A program made the translations under genes and the position numbers. This document shows, piece after piece, positions 1 through 8,766 of a DNA stretch of 64,000 nucleotides. This stretch comes from a virus (taxonomy: Duplodnaviria > Heunggongvirae > Uroviricota > Caudoviricetes): the IMG/VR virus record IMGVR_UViG_3300018839_000001, one strand, 5' to 3'. The notes under the pieces are model-generated. The model ran no database searches. It had not been told where the DNA came from and was given only the letters and a program-made list of their open reading frames with translations. Positions within the stretch are counted from its first letter, which is position 1. The number at the start of each line of letters is the position of its first letter.

Positions 1-290
1 TTATAATTTAATTTTTCTTCAATAACATAGTCTGTATAAATCCTCAATCCACCATCGATATCTTTAACTATATCCTTGATTTCAACATTTTTATTTATTT
101 CACTTAAGAATATCGTGACACCGACTATAAGTTCTTCTTTTGGTAAATTTAAAAATTCTCTAGTAACAATAACTTCATCTTTTTCTGATGATACTCTTTT
201 TTTAATGGAAGGTCGTTCAAACCTATAAGCGTCATTTTCAAAATAATATTCACACTTTTCGACTTTCCCTAGAAATGTATATTTAATCAT
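1..290 (-). CDS. hypothetical protein, 3' end cut by window edge
   Basis: Minus-strand ORF with ATG at ~288-290 (MIKYTFLGKVEKCEYYF...) runs to position 1 without a stop. Not in the ORF track because it runs off the edge. Confidence 0.4.
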   Translation of the reverse strand, partial: MIKYTFLGKVEKCEYYFENDAYRFERPSIKKRVSSEKDEVIVTREFLNLPKEELIVGVTIFLSEINKNVEIKDIVKDIDGGLRIYTDYVIEEKLNY

Positions 291-310
291 TTTTAATCTC
301 CTTAAATAAT

Positions 311-1183
311 TTAGATAGCAACTTCAAAATCTAATCTATCTCCATGTTTATAATCGATTAACCTAAAATCATCGATAGTGAAATCGTAAAAATTATCGAC
401 TTCTGGATTAATCCAAATTTGAGGAGCGGAGAAAGATTCTCTACTCATTTGTTCCTTGAGACCTTCGATATGTCGAGTGTAAATATGAGCATCACCAATG
501 TGGTAAATATAGCTTCCCAATTCTAATCCTGTAACCTGAGCAATCATTCGCTGTAACACATTGTATTGAAATACGTTAAATGGATTCCCTAATGCCATAT
601 CGTTTGATCTACATCGAACTTCGAGATGTAATTTTCCACCTTTCACATGCCATTGAGTTTCATACACACATGGCGTCAAAGCCATATCATCTAAATCATC
701 TGGATTCCAAAGCGTTGTGATATGTCTGCGTGAAGCAGGATTGATTTTAAGCTGATGGAGAAGGTGATCAACTTGGTCAATCTTTTGACATTTGATAATT
801 CCATTCTCCATGTATCTATGTAGATAAGTTGCTTTTCTATTTTTCTTGCCTAGCTGATAGCCATAAGCTTTACCAATTGTTCCATCTTCAAGTTCCCATT
901 CGTTCCAAATCTTAACTCCCATGTCACGAAGGTCTTGAACAACGTTAGATTTCTTTTGCCAAATCCAAAGCAACTCTTTGATTGCCGTTTTCCACGCAAC
1001 CTTCTTTGTAGTCAAAATAGGTACTTCTGAATTGTCAAATCGCATTGATTGTCCAATGTAAGAAATGGTGTGAGCAGGAGTTCCATCTGCCCACACAGTC
1101 CTTACCTGTTCTTCTTTATCGCTATATCCATGATTTAAAATTGTTTCAATAATCTTTCTGTATTGTGTATCTGCTTGATTCAT
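311..1183 (-). CDS. thyA: thymidylate synthase (ThyA family, thyP3-like)
   Basis: Conserved TS motifs: DGTPAHT, RFDNSEVPILTTKKVAWKTAIKELLWIWQ, catalytic PCV, ALGNPFNVFQYNVL. Track ORF extends to 1228, but the RBS GAAAGGAA + 7 nt precedes MNQADTQYRK (~1183), which fits known ThyA N-termini. Confidence 0.9.
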   Translation of the reverse strand: MNQADTQYRKIIETILNHGYSDKEEQVRTVWADGTPAHTISYIGQSMRFDNSEVPILTTKKVAWKTAIKELLWIWQKKSNVVQDLRDMGVKIWNEWELEDGTIGKAYGYQLGKKNRKATYLHRYMENGIIKCQKIDQVDHLLHQLKINPASRRHITTLWNPDDLDDMALTPCVYETQWHVKGGKLHLEVRCRSNDMALGNPFNVFQYNVLQRMIAQVTGLELGSYIYHIGDAHIYTRHIEGLKEQMSRESFSAPQIWINPEVDNFYDFTIDDFRLIDYKHGDRLDFEVAI

Positions 1184-1204
1184 TATGTATTTCCTTTCAA
1201 AATC

Positions 1205-1327
1205 ATTTGCCTCTATTAAGCTCTTCACTAACGATATTTGCCATCTTTCTCATTCCCATATACTTACCAAAGTAATAAACTGAGACGAAAAAAATGCCTG
1301 CTATCAAACCAATGGTTGGCGTCATAA
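1205..1327 (-). CDS. small hydrophobic membrane peptide (~40 aa)
   Basis: Strong SD AGGAGGAG then ATG. MTPTIGLIAGIFFVSVYYFGKYMGMRKMANIVSEELNRGK. Its stop overlaps the thyA RBS. Confidence 0.4.
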
Positions 1328-1357
1328 TATTATCTCCTCCTGTATAAAACTACACTT

Positions 1358-1732
1358 TTATTCATTATTAATTAGTTTTGTAGTATAAATAGCAACTTTC
1401 CGATCTGTGTATTGACATGTTTTCTTTCCAATAATTTCAACCAATCCTTTTGCTCTAAGTTCATTCAAGCGCGGATGGACACTATTACGATCTGATGAAG
1501 GGACTAGATTTTTCTTATGTAAAAAAACTGCTAGTTCTTTGGCTGTAGCTCCATTTTCAAATGAGTTATGTAAATTTTCAAAAACGACACGTTGACGTTC
1601 ACTCAGAGTTTCTGAAACATGTGCATATGCTTCATTGCGCGTCTCCTTGGTGATGTCACTTGTTTTGTTCTTTTTGAATAAAGACGACAATCCACTAAAA
1701 AGTGATTCAGTAAAAGGCAACTTTGTAATCAT
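1358..1732 (-). CDS. hypothetical protein, possible winged-helix DNA-binding
   Basis: Track ORF. The ATAKELAVFL...RNSVHPRLNELRAKGLVE segment resembles a winged HTH. An SPBRE-like element lies inside its 3' end. Confidence 0.4.
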   Translation of the reverse strand: MITKLPFTESLFSGLSSLFKKNKTSDITKETRNEAYAHVSETLSERQRVVFENLHNSFENGATAKELAVFLHKKNLVPSSDRNSVHPRLNELRAKGLVEIIGKKTCQYTDRKVAIYTTKLINNE

Positions 1733-1743
1733 ATATCATTCTC

Positions 1744-2208
1744 CTATTCTTCTAAGTATTCAAAATTCAATTTCAAGACATAACCTTTTTTAAATATGTG
1801 TTCGTTTCCACACGTCATACAATATGTAGTATTTTCTTCAACTAGATTTACTCTTTTACTTGAGCAAGATGGGCAACTATTGATATCAAAGTCTCCTTCA
1901 ATTTTTGTGAAAACTTTATCAGATGTAACTTTCTCTTTAAGTGATTGCCCAAACTGCATGCAAGATTTCTTTACAGTAGTTGGATTAATTCCTAGCTCTT
2001 TTGCAATAACCATCCTAGGAACTCCATTTATATCTCTTTCAGCAATAATTTTTTTAAACTCATCTGTAAATGTCTTTTTGTATCTGCTATTTTCTTTATA
2101 TGTATTCAAAACATTTAATACATCGCTACTCGATATTTGAAAACTGTCACTTATAAATTCAATAGGGCTTCCTTCTGCATAGGCAGTTAAAATCTTTTCT
2201 ATTAACAC
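1744..2208 (-). CDS. hypothetical HTH protein with C-terminal C4 zinc ribbon
   Basis: HTH-like IAKELGINPTTVKK segment. C-terminal CPSC...CMTC. Confidence 0.4.
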   Translation of the reverse strand: MLIEKILTAYAEGSPIEFISDSFQISSSDVLNVLNTYKENSRYKKTFTDEFKKIIAERDINGVPRMVIAKELGINPTTVKKSCMQFGQSLKEKVTSDKVFTKIEGDFDINSCPSCSSKRVNLVEENTTYCMTCGNEHIFKKGYVLKLNFEYLEE

Positions 2209-2223
2209 ATAATTGCTCTCCTT

Positions 2224-2676
2224 TTAAAGTAAATGTCGGTCATAAATCAATGTTGCTCGTTCATTGTTAAAAAACTCATCTAGAACCTTAATTACAGGAA
2301 CTTGGTTGCCATCTTCTGATACACTTCGGCTAAACAATAATAGAGCAGTGAAGATATCTATTTCTCTGACTCCTTCTGGATTGTCAGCAGTGGCGTGTTC
2401 GTACTCTTCAATAGCATCCTTCTCATCTTTGGCTTTAACTAATGAGTAATATGGATCGTCAAATTCATAAAACTTTAAACCATCTAATTTTTTAACCTGA
2501 TCTATAATTTGATCAATTTGTTTTCCTAAACTAAAAGAATGAATATCTGAAACATCGGGACACACACCAACTTCACCAGCTACAGATAATTCCAATAATT
2601 TTTCGCGTACTTCGTTAGGGTTAACAAGCTTATCTGCTCCCACGCTTTCAGAAACAACCAAAAATTTTTTTGTCAT
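2224..2676 (-). CDS. acidic hypothetical protein
   Basis: Track ORF, Asp/Glu-rich (many D/E runs). No recognisable motifs. Confidence 0.45.
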   Translation of the reverse strand: MTKKFLVVSESVGADKLVNPNEVREKLLELSVAGEVGVCPDVSDIHSFSLGKQIDQIIDQVKKLDGLKFYEFDDPYYSLVKAKDEKDAIEEYEHATADNPEGVREIDIFTALLLFSRSVSEDGNQVPVIKVLDEFFNNERATLIYDRHLL

Positions 2677-2687
2677 TTCATTACCTC

Positions 2688-3143
2688 CTATTGTTTGCTT
2701 AAAGATTGTTTTACAATTTGATTTACAAGCTTCATATCTGCTCTACCTTTAAGCTCTTGGCTTGCAAGTTTCATCGCCATCCCCATATTTCCTCCAGAGA
2801 CTTTTACATATTCGACAATAGAACTTACGACATTTTCAACTTCACTTTCAGTTAATTGTTTTGGCAAATATAACATGAGCAATTGTTTTTCTGTTTCTTG
2901 CTTTGAAACATCGCGATCAACAGCTTTATACGCTTCAATCTCTTTGTCTAATTCTTTAATATTTCTTTGAATTACGGTTTGCACCTGATCATCGTTTAAT
3001 TGAGTGATGTCAGATAGTTTGAGAGTGATCTTTTCTTTTTCCAACTTTGAAACCAATAGCCTCAGCGTAGAAAGTTTGTTTTTATCCTTCGACTTCAAGG
3101 CATTTTTGGTATCATCTTTAATCTGTTGTACCAGTTCAGTCAT
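2688..3143 (-). CDS. YqeY/GatB-domain protein
   Basis: The whole sequence looks like a GatB_YqeY family member (…LKSKDKNKLSTLRLL…AYKAVDRDVSK…MGMAMKLASQELKGRADMKLVNQIV). RBS AAGGAG + 8 nt. Confidence 0.65.
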   Translation of the reverse strand: MTELVQQIKDDTKNALKSKDKNKLSTLRLLVSKLEKEKITLKLSDITQLNDDQVQTVIQRNIKELDKEIEAYKAVDRDVSKQETEKQLLMLYLPKQLTESEVENVVSSIVEYVKVSGGNMGMAMKLASQELKGRADMKLVNQIVKQSLSKQ

Positions 3144-3173
3144 AGTAGCATCTCCTTTAATATCTCACACAAA

Positions 3174-3194
3174 ACATTATTAATTAGTTTTGTA
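3174..3194 (-). promoter_or_regulatory. SPBRE-like conserved element (operator-like copy with no clear -10), 30 bp upstream of the YqeY-like start
   Basis: ACATTATTAATTAGTTTTGTA. A second copy lies 57 bp downstream of the promoter copy at 3229-3253. Confidence 0.6.
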
Positions 3195-3228
3195 TGAATG
3201 TTTTAATTTGGGTTATGCATTTATTATA

Positions 3229-3260
3229 GCATTATTAATTAGTTTTGTAAAGGTTTATTG
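3229..3260 (-). promoter_or_regulatory. SPBRE-type sigma-A promoter
   Basis: Gene orientation: TTTACA-aaactaattaataatgc(17)-TATAAT. Confidence 0.65.
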
Positions 3261-3336
3261 AAAACTTTTGAATAAGGAATGATTAGTGTATATGAAATCA
3301 ATTCTGCTCTATAAAATCTTCTTAAGAGACGGATTC

Positions 3337-3428
3337 ACTTCACCCTAATAATAAATAAAGGTTGTAGACGCAATACGCCTTCAACCTCCCTCAAGTAGGC
3401 CTTTTAAAAAAACGTGACTTCACCCTAA
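3337..3428. repeat. 12-bp direct repeat ACTTCACCCTAA x2 flanking a terminator hairpin
   Basis: Copies at 3337-3348 and 3417-3428 (plus strand). Confidence 0.6.
3346..3387 (-). terminator. Rho-independent terminator for the 3446..3787 gene
   Basis: AGGTTG...CAACCT stem with an inner GGCG/GCGUC stem, followed by a U-rich tract on the minus strand. Confidence 0.5.
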
Positions 3429-3445
3429 ATATATTTTCATGCATT

Positions 3446-3787
3446 TTAACGTATAATTAATGATGAAGAGTAAATTGACTCCTCTCCATTCTTATAAATT
3501 ACCTTAACTTCTTCGCTTTCTGGATTCCCTATAATTTTGCTTATATTATTTTGAATAAAAGACCTGTCAATTTCGTCTTCAAAAATGTTAAAGTGACCGC
3601 TTATTAGCCATAGAACCTCATCCTCATTTATTTGGTTTCTTGAACAGTGATTGGCTCCATAATTATCATACGTTGAACATACATAGGTATGTTTCTTAGC
3701 TCTCTTTTTAAATTTATGCTTCTTGCCACATTTCGAACAATAAACTAAACCTTTTAGTAAAGACATGTATATATCCTCCCTGAACAA
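3446..3787 (-). CDS. orphan recombinase-type zinc-ribbon domain protein (large serine recombinase C-terminal remnant?)
   Basis: LLKGLVYCSKCGKKH…YVCSTY…HCSRNQINEDEVLWLI. The pattern matches the zinc-ribbon region of the 531-aa recombinase in this window (LRKMIRCAHCGAKYS…YRCVNKNG…CCSKILKANEIEKQIWEMI). No resolvase catalytic domain is present. Confidence 0.5.
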   Translation of the reverse strand: MFREDIYMSLLKGLVYCSKCGKKHKFKKRAKKHTYVCSTYDNYGANHCSRNQINEDEVLWLISGHFNIFEDEIDRSFIQNNISKIIGNPESEEVKVIYKNGEESIYSSSLIIR

Positions 3788-3828
3788 CGCTCGTCTCCAT
3801 TAATAACATCTGTGATTATCTGGAGATA

Positions 3829-3856
3829 ACAAAATAAAAGCACCCTTTGGATGCCT
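3829..3856 (-). terminator. Rho-independent terminator
   Basis: GCAUCC-aaa-GGGUGC stem (one G.U) + UUUUAUUUU on the minus strand. The same stem recurs at 4626-4660. Confidence 0.55.
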
Positions 3857-3861
3857 GAGTT

Positions 3862-4236
3862 TCAATTTTTATCTGATAATTCATTATCAATTATTTTCTT
3901 TGTTGCTTTCAGAATAGCTTTTCTTAATTTTTTATTTGATGCAAGCTCTTCTTTGCCGACTTTCTCTAGATATGAGATAGTTATGTTGAGTGAATCTTCA
4001 ACTTCTATTCCTTTAATTAAATAATCGAGAGACACTTCATAATAATCGGACAACTTTTTGAGCATTTTTAAATTTGGTTTACGCTTTCCATTCTCATAGT
4101 TTGCATAAGTATTCTTTGCAACACCGATTGCTTCACCAACTTCTTCCATAGTTGGCTTAAAAGGAATCTTTTTTCTTAATTCTCGTAGCCTGTTGCCAAA
4201 TTCACTCACTTTCTTCATCCCCCGAGACGTCATCAT
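3862..4236 (-). CDS. XRE-family HTH transcriptional regulator
   Basis: RLRELRKK…PTMEEVGEAIGVAKNTYANYENGKRKP…LKKLSDYYEVSLDYLI is a classic HTH_3. The true start is probably MKKVSEF. Confidence 0.75.
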   Translation of the reverse strand: MMTSRGMKKVSEFGNRLRELRKKIPFKPTMEEVGEAIGVAKNTYANYENGKRKPNLKMLKKLSDYYEVSLDYLIKGIEVEDSLNITISYLEKVGKEELASNKKLRKAILKATKKIIDNELSDKN

Positions 4237-4561
4237 TTTGAAGTATTTTTATAAGATTGATTACTGTCTTTCGTTTTTCTTCTGTTAACTTATATAAGCT
4301 ATTTATGGTTTGGTTTATTTCTGACTCATAAAGATGCTGTCTTTTCATTGTTGATTGGTTATATTCTGATCTTCCAAGTAAATAATCTGTAGTTGTATCC
4401 AACACATCTGCCAATTTGCAGAGTATATCATGAGATGGAGTGCTGTGACCTGTTTCATAATTTGAAATAGTTCCTTTTGTTGTGCCTATTTTATTTGCCA
4501 ACTCAGTTTGAGTTAACTTTTTCTCTTTTCGTTTCTGTCGCAACCTCTTAACATCCATGTG
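4202..4561 (-). CDS. XRE-family HTH transcriptional regulator
   Basis: KKLTQTELANKIGTTKGTISNYETGHSTPSHDILCKLADVLDTTTDYLLG. RBS GAGGTGG + 9 nt puts the start at MDVKRL (~4561). Track ORF 4202..4600. Confidence 0.75.
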   Translation of the reverse strand, partial: HMDVKRLRQKRKEKKLTQTELANKIGTTKGTISNYETGHSTPSHDILCKLADVLDTTTDYLLGRSEYNQSTMKRQHLYESEINQTINSLYKLTEEKRKTVINLIKILQNDDVSGDEESE

Positions 4562-4625
4562 TTTAATCCACCTCACAGTCTGTATAAGCATATCATACAT
4601 TGGTTAAGTTTCTCAAACAAGATCA

Positions 4626-4660
4626 AATAAAAAAAGCACCCCGAAGGATGCTTTTTATTT
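4626..4660 (-). terminator. Rho-independent terminator (likely bidirectional)
   Basis: GCAUCC-UUCG-GGGUGC + U-run. A-run on the other side. Confidence 0.65.
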
Positions 4661-4993
4661 GAAGATAAGTCTGTAAATCATTCGTTTTGGCTCATCTCTT
4701 CCGTTTTTCAAATCTGAGCGATCAACGGAGTGGATATACCATTTATGATGTTTGTCAGACCAATTCATCAATTCAGTATCAACGATATCTGGGAAGCTAT
4801 ATGTATACTCTTCATCTGTTTCTGGATTTTTTAAATCCACTAACAGTATTGCTCCCATTTTTGCTTCAATGATTTGATGTCCTTTGATGCGGTGCAGGAT
4901 TCTCTCATCAGCTCCGGGAATATCTGGACTCATACTCAATTCGACAGTCGAATAAGATTCAAGACACCCAATTAACATAGGATCAATAATCAC
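4655..4993 (-). CDS. hypothetical protein
   Basis: Track ORF, 112 aa, no motifs. Confidence 0.45.
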   Translation of the reverse strand: MIIDPMLIGCLESYSTVELSMSPDIPGADERILHRIKGHQIIEAKMGAILLVDLKNPETDEEYTYSFPDIVDTELMNWSDKHHKWYIHSVDRSDLKNGRDEPKRMIYRLIFK

Positions 4994-5063
4994 TTTTAAT
5001 CACCTCCCTCTTTTTATATCGGACGTGGAGATGTAAATTTAAGGGTTTTGAAAAAATTATAAT

Positions 5064-5093
5064 AAAAACACCCTTTGAGGGTGTTTTGTTTTT
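5064..5093 (-). terminator. Rho-independent terminator
   Basis: CACCCUCAAAGGGUG hairpin + U-run. Confidence 0.7.
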
Positions 5094-5538
5094 ATGCTGA
5101 TGGCGCATGGAGAGCCTTCCTGTACTCTTTAAAGAAGATTCGTGCACGTTCATTATCTTTAATGATATCTAGATTCTTGCTCTTTCTTACAACTTTATTT
5201 CTGTATTTTTTCTTTTTAGATTTGACGATTTGTTCATTTTCACTAAGTTTATAGGCAAATGTTTCAAGGAAAACTTCGATCATTAATCCAAGTACTAAAG
5301 GATATTCGAATATTGCAAGCTTTAGAATGTGCATCGAATACTTCGCATCTTTTGTCAAATTTATAACTGCCCAAACAAAATGTATGATGAATATAGCTAA
5401 TGGTGCAATCAAATATATTGATTTACTTTTCCCGATTAAGCGTATACCGTTTTGATCAATTTTTTTATGTGTTCCAACTATCAATCCTACATACATTACA
5501 ACAGCAATAAATGGGACTCCACTAAGCAACATTTTCAT
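5092..5538 (-). CDS. integral membrane protein
   Basis: Several hydrophobic helices (MKMLLSGVPFIAVVMYVGLIVG…). Confidence 0.5.
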   Translation of the reverse strand: MKMLLSGVPFIAVVMYVGLIVGTHKKIDQNGIRLIGKSKSIYLIAPLAIFIIHFVWAVINLTKDAKYSMHILKLAIFEYPLVLGLMIEVFLETFAYKLSENEQIVKSKKKKYRNKVVRKSKNLDIIKDNERARIFFKEYRKALHAPSA

Positions 5539-5567
5539 CCCTCCCTAATTATAAGTGGCAAGGTTCT

Positions 5568-6086
5568 TTAAGCATTTGTCTTTTTTGTTGCCCACTGCTG
5601 ATTATTCATTCTGTAAAAGTCTACTCTATCCTCCATTGATTCATGCTTCCTTCTTTGACGAGTAAGCTCTTTTATTCTTTCCCTATGCTGAATTTCCTTT
5701 TTAGAGCTAAAGGCAGACCAATCAACAAAAGCTAAGAAGACATATGAACCAAGTGAAAACCAGAGTATTGTTTTAACCCATACATTTAAAAAGGCAGGAT
5801 GAATGTTTAAGCCACTCCATGTAAAACCTTGAATGATTGCAACTAAGATCACTGTAGCCCAAAGACAGTAATTTCTTCTTTTAATATTTTTATTCTCAAT
5901 TGGTTCTTGCGTAAAGTAGTCTAATAAAAATGGTAGTAAGAAAAGAATAACTGTGGAGAGCAAAGCACTCTGAGTAGTGCTTTCTTTAATTGTATTACCG
6001 AGAGCAAACCATACCACTAAGGTATATGCGGCTCTTACCCCATAAAAATTATTGTAATCTTTTTCATTGCTATAATCTTTCCCCAA
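5568..6086 (-). CDS. integral membrane protein
   Basis: 4-5 predicted TM helices. Basic C-terminus. Confidence 0.5.
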   Translation of the reverse strand: MGKDYSNEKDYNNFYGVRAAYTLVVWFALGNTIKESTTQSALLSTVILFLLPFLLDYFTQEPIENKNIKRRNYCLWATVILVAIIQGFTWSGLNIHPAFLNVWVKTILWFSLGSYVFLAFVDWSAFSSKKEIQHRERIKELTRQRRKHESMEDRVDFYRMNNQQWATKKTNA

Positions 6087-6210
6087 TACACAACACCTCT
6101 ATATGTGATTATCTCTATCTTACCACATAATGTATAAAAATTGGGTAATTTTAAATGTTTTTCTTTAAAAATTTGTCGTATAAGCCGGAATAAATAAGTG
6201 AATTGAACTA

Positions 6211-6702
6211 TTATGGAAGAACACTATTTATTGCTTCTTCAAGCATTTCATTAAAGTTTTCAAATTCTTCAATTACTTCTCCGCTTGGCTTATCCAATTC
6301 GACAAAGACATTGTTATCAACATCAAGACAATACCAAGAAATGTTGGAGTCGCCAAAAAATAAATAGTTATAATCCCAATCATTTTCACGCCATATTTCA
6401 TTAGCTCCAATAATTCCATTGTTGTCGTCATTAGGACTTGCATTATAAATAACTAGCCCATTAAAATCTAACCCATTTGCTTTCTTTAAAAATGCCTCAT
6501 GGTCTTTTACCCAAAGATTTTCTTTCACATTTTTGGAAACCCATTCTTTTGTCAGTTGAATATCTTCATTATTTGCTGGTATCATAATTGATTTGTTATT
6601 TTTATTTTTAAATTCTTCTATTCGTAATAATAATTCAGAAATCACAAAAATCACTCCTAGTCTTTTGTGGTTGGATATATGAAACCATCTGGCATAGGCC
6701 AT
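6211..6702 (-). CDS. SMI1/KNR4 (SUKH)-type immunity protein for the upstream LXG toxin
   Basis: Position immediately 3' of the toxin. SUKH-like WVSKNV…LPEDYKEFL-type core (KEWVSKNVKENLWVKDHEAFLKKANG). Overlaps the toxin's 3' end. Confidence 0.65.
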   Translation of the reverse strand: MAYARWFHISNHKRLGVIFVISELLLRIEEFKNKNNKSIMIPANNEDIQLTKEWVSKNVKENLWVKDHEAFLKKANGLDFNGLVIYNASPNDDNNGIIGANEIWRENDWDYNYLFFGDSNISWYCLDVDNNVFVELDKPSGEVIEEFENFNEMLEEAINSVLP

Positions 6703-8528
6703 TTAATTTCTGCTGATTCTCCCACCTTTAATCCTTTTGTTAAAGTTCTTTGAGCATTTGTGAGAGCCTTATGATAAGGATCGTTTTTAATTAAAACCAA
6801 ATTCTCAAAATCATTTGTTCCACCATCATCTAGAGGGAGCTTGTGGTGAACTTGATAACCATCAGGAACAAGACCTTTTTTCATACTTTCAATATCTGCT
6901 TTAGTTAATCCTGCATTTATTAATTGATCAATCTTCTTTGGATCAACTGTCAAGTTCATAAGAAAATTTTTCCTAACAGAACTATTAAATTGATTTCTTA
7001 AAGTTTTAAATTCATCTCTATTACGTTTAGTGTAAGTTATCTCTCTTTCAGAGACACTTTTTAAAGTAACGTTCTTACCTTTTAATTTCCCAATATATTC
7101 AGTTCCAATCTTTTGCATCGTGTCGATTACATTTTTATTCAAATCAGAAGCTCTCTTTATATAGTGAATGAGCTTATTTTTTATATTTTCACCATTTAGG
7201 GCATGGTAAGGGATTTTTGCTCCACCTGCAAATTGAACTTGAGGAGAAAGAGGGTTGTGTATTTGAATGTTTTTAAGTTTATTTATTTTGTCATGAATAT
7301 ATTTTTTAGAAGCTTCTACAGCTTTTGTTGTAGTCTGACCAACTTTACCTGCTTTAGCGGCTTTCCCTACTTTATCAACGCCTTTTGTTCCAACAACTGA
7401 TGTGCCGACCATTCCAATAGCATATGTAAACCATCTCGCTCTACTTTCTGCATCGCCATTGATAACATCTCGCTCAAAAGAGTCTTCTATCCCTTGTTTT
7501 ATAATATTGAAGGTGTCAACAGGATGCATGATGGTATTAGCAATTCCTTTTAACGTTTCCATTGGATTAGTTAAGGTGTCCCAAATGCCAGTAGCAGTAT
7601 CAACAACTACATCTTTCACTCCAATACCGATGCCAGTAAGAATGTCATCGCCTGTTTTGTTGAATTTAGCCAGATTGTAAATTACCTTCTGATCAGCAGT
7701 TAGATTGTCATAACCAATCTCGTCAGCAATTTGAATATATTCTCCATTATCTATAGTGTTATCAAGCTTTTTCTTCAATGCCTCTATTCGCTGTATTTCT
7801 TTTTCTGCGGCTATTTTTTCAGCCTCTTCTTTTTTGATTGTAAGGTATTCCTGTGTTTTCTTATGGATTTCATCTTTGTACTTAAATGCTTTGGTGTCAT
7901 AGTAAGCTTTTGCATTAAAGTTGATCGGTTGAGCATCCCTTCCTTTGCCTGTAGCGTCCAACAGGGCTTTGTTTCGCTCTTTGATATAATCTTGATTTAA
8001 TTCCGATTTCTCGTATTCGTTTTTTAATTTCCAATCCATTTCATGAATTTTGTCAACTGTATTGTCTTTAATCACTTTTGCATTAGAGATATGTTCTTTA
8101 AAGTCTAATGTTGAAAAGACTTCTAACGGAACGATATCTTTTATATCTTCTAAGATAGTTTTAATCGCTTGCTTCTGTCCAGCCACAATTTCATTCGATT
8201 TTCCATAGGCAACCTCTAGTTCGTTTTCTAAATAGGAGGTGTCAACAAATGTATTGCCCGAGAGACCAGCTTCTTCTAGTTTTCCAGCGATGCTATCAAA
8301 AAAAGCGATTTGCATGTCAATCATACCAAGCCATTCATCTACATTCCTAGCATGCTCTTTGTAAAAAGCCTTAATGTTGTCAGCACCTTCGCCTTGGAAA
8401 TCATCTCCTAAGTTGGCTATTTCCTGAAAGGCGGTTTGAAGATTGACAAATTCTTCTCTAAGGTTCTTATATTCATTTGATCGACTTTCCATTGCGGATA
8501 TAAGGGTTTTGGATTCATAAACTTTCAT
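6657..8528 (-). CDS. LXG-domain polymorphic toxin with C-terminal HNH-like nuclease domain (YokI/YeeF-type)
   Basis: N-terminal LXG-like region (…FQGEGADNIKAFYKEHA…). C-terminal GYQVHHKLPLDDGGTNDFENLVLIKNDPYH is an HNH/EndoVII-type toxin motif. Confidence 0.8.
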   Translation of the reverse strand: MKVYESKTLISAMESRSNEYKNLREEFVNLQTAFQEIANLGDDFQGEGADNIKAFYKEHARNVDEWLGMIDMQIAFFDSIAGKLEEAGLSGNTFVDTSYLENELEVAYGKSNEIVAGQKQAIKTILEDIKDIVPLEVFSTLDFKEHISNAKVIKDNTVDKIHEMDWKLKNEYEKSELNQDYIKERNKALLDATGKGRDAQPINFNAKAYYDTKAFKYKDEIHKKTQEYLTIKKEEAEKIAAEKEIQRIEALKKKLDNTIDNGEYIQIADEIGYDNLTADQKVIYNLAKFNKTGDDILTGIGIGVKDVVVDTATGIWDTLTNPMETLKGIANTIMHPVDTFNIIKQGIEDSFERDVINGDAESRARWFTYAIGMVGTSVVGTKGVDKVGKAAKAGKVGQTTTKAVEASKKYIHDKINKLKNIQIHNPLSPQVQFAGGAKIPYHALNGENIKNKLIHYIKRASDLNKNVIDTMQKIGTEYIGKLKGKNVTLKSVSEREITYTKRNRDEFKTLRNQFNSSVRKNFLMNLTVDPKKIDQLINAGLTKADIESMKKGLVPDGYQVHHKLPLDDGGTNDFENLVLIKNDPYHKALTNAQRTLTKGLKVGESAEIKWPMPDGFIYPTTKD

Positions 8529-8684
8529 GGATTCAATCCTTTCCCAAGCGATAGTTAGATATATTTTACCACTTAAGAGAAAGATTGGTGAAGAGGATTT
8601 TACTTTAAATCAATATTGTAGGGGAATATAGAGGTCAACTTAAAAACACAATGAGAGTTGTGTACAGTTTTTAAGTTATATAGA

Positions 8685-8736
8685 CTATGTTAGTTGTGGT
8701 TACAACGCTTTGCCGTTATGTTGTCAACTAGCATAG
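8685..8736. other. candidate attP: 52-bp imperfect palindrome just 3' of the recombinase gene
   Basis: CTATGTTAGTTG…(28 bp)…CAACTAGCATAG arms (11/12 match) with internal GTTGT/ACAAC and GTTG-T-CAAC sub-palindromes. Confidence 0.35.
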
Positions 8737-8766
8737 TATGGGTGAGCTAACATTCTCAAAATACGA

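Noticed and set aside
1796-2140. Plus-strand ORFs in the track (e.g. 1796..2140, 7203..8000, 17415..17819, 19492..19866, 25978..26310, 35765..36013, 40496..40837, 43334..43633, 48460..48762, 55459..55821)
   Set aside because: All are low-complexity and hydrophobic. They are antisense to, and fully inside, strongly supported minus-strand genes, with no RBS. They are best treated as shadow ORFs.
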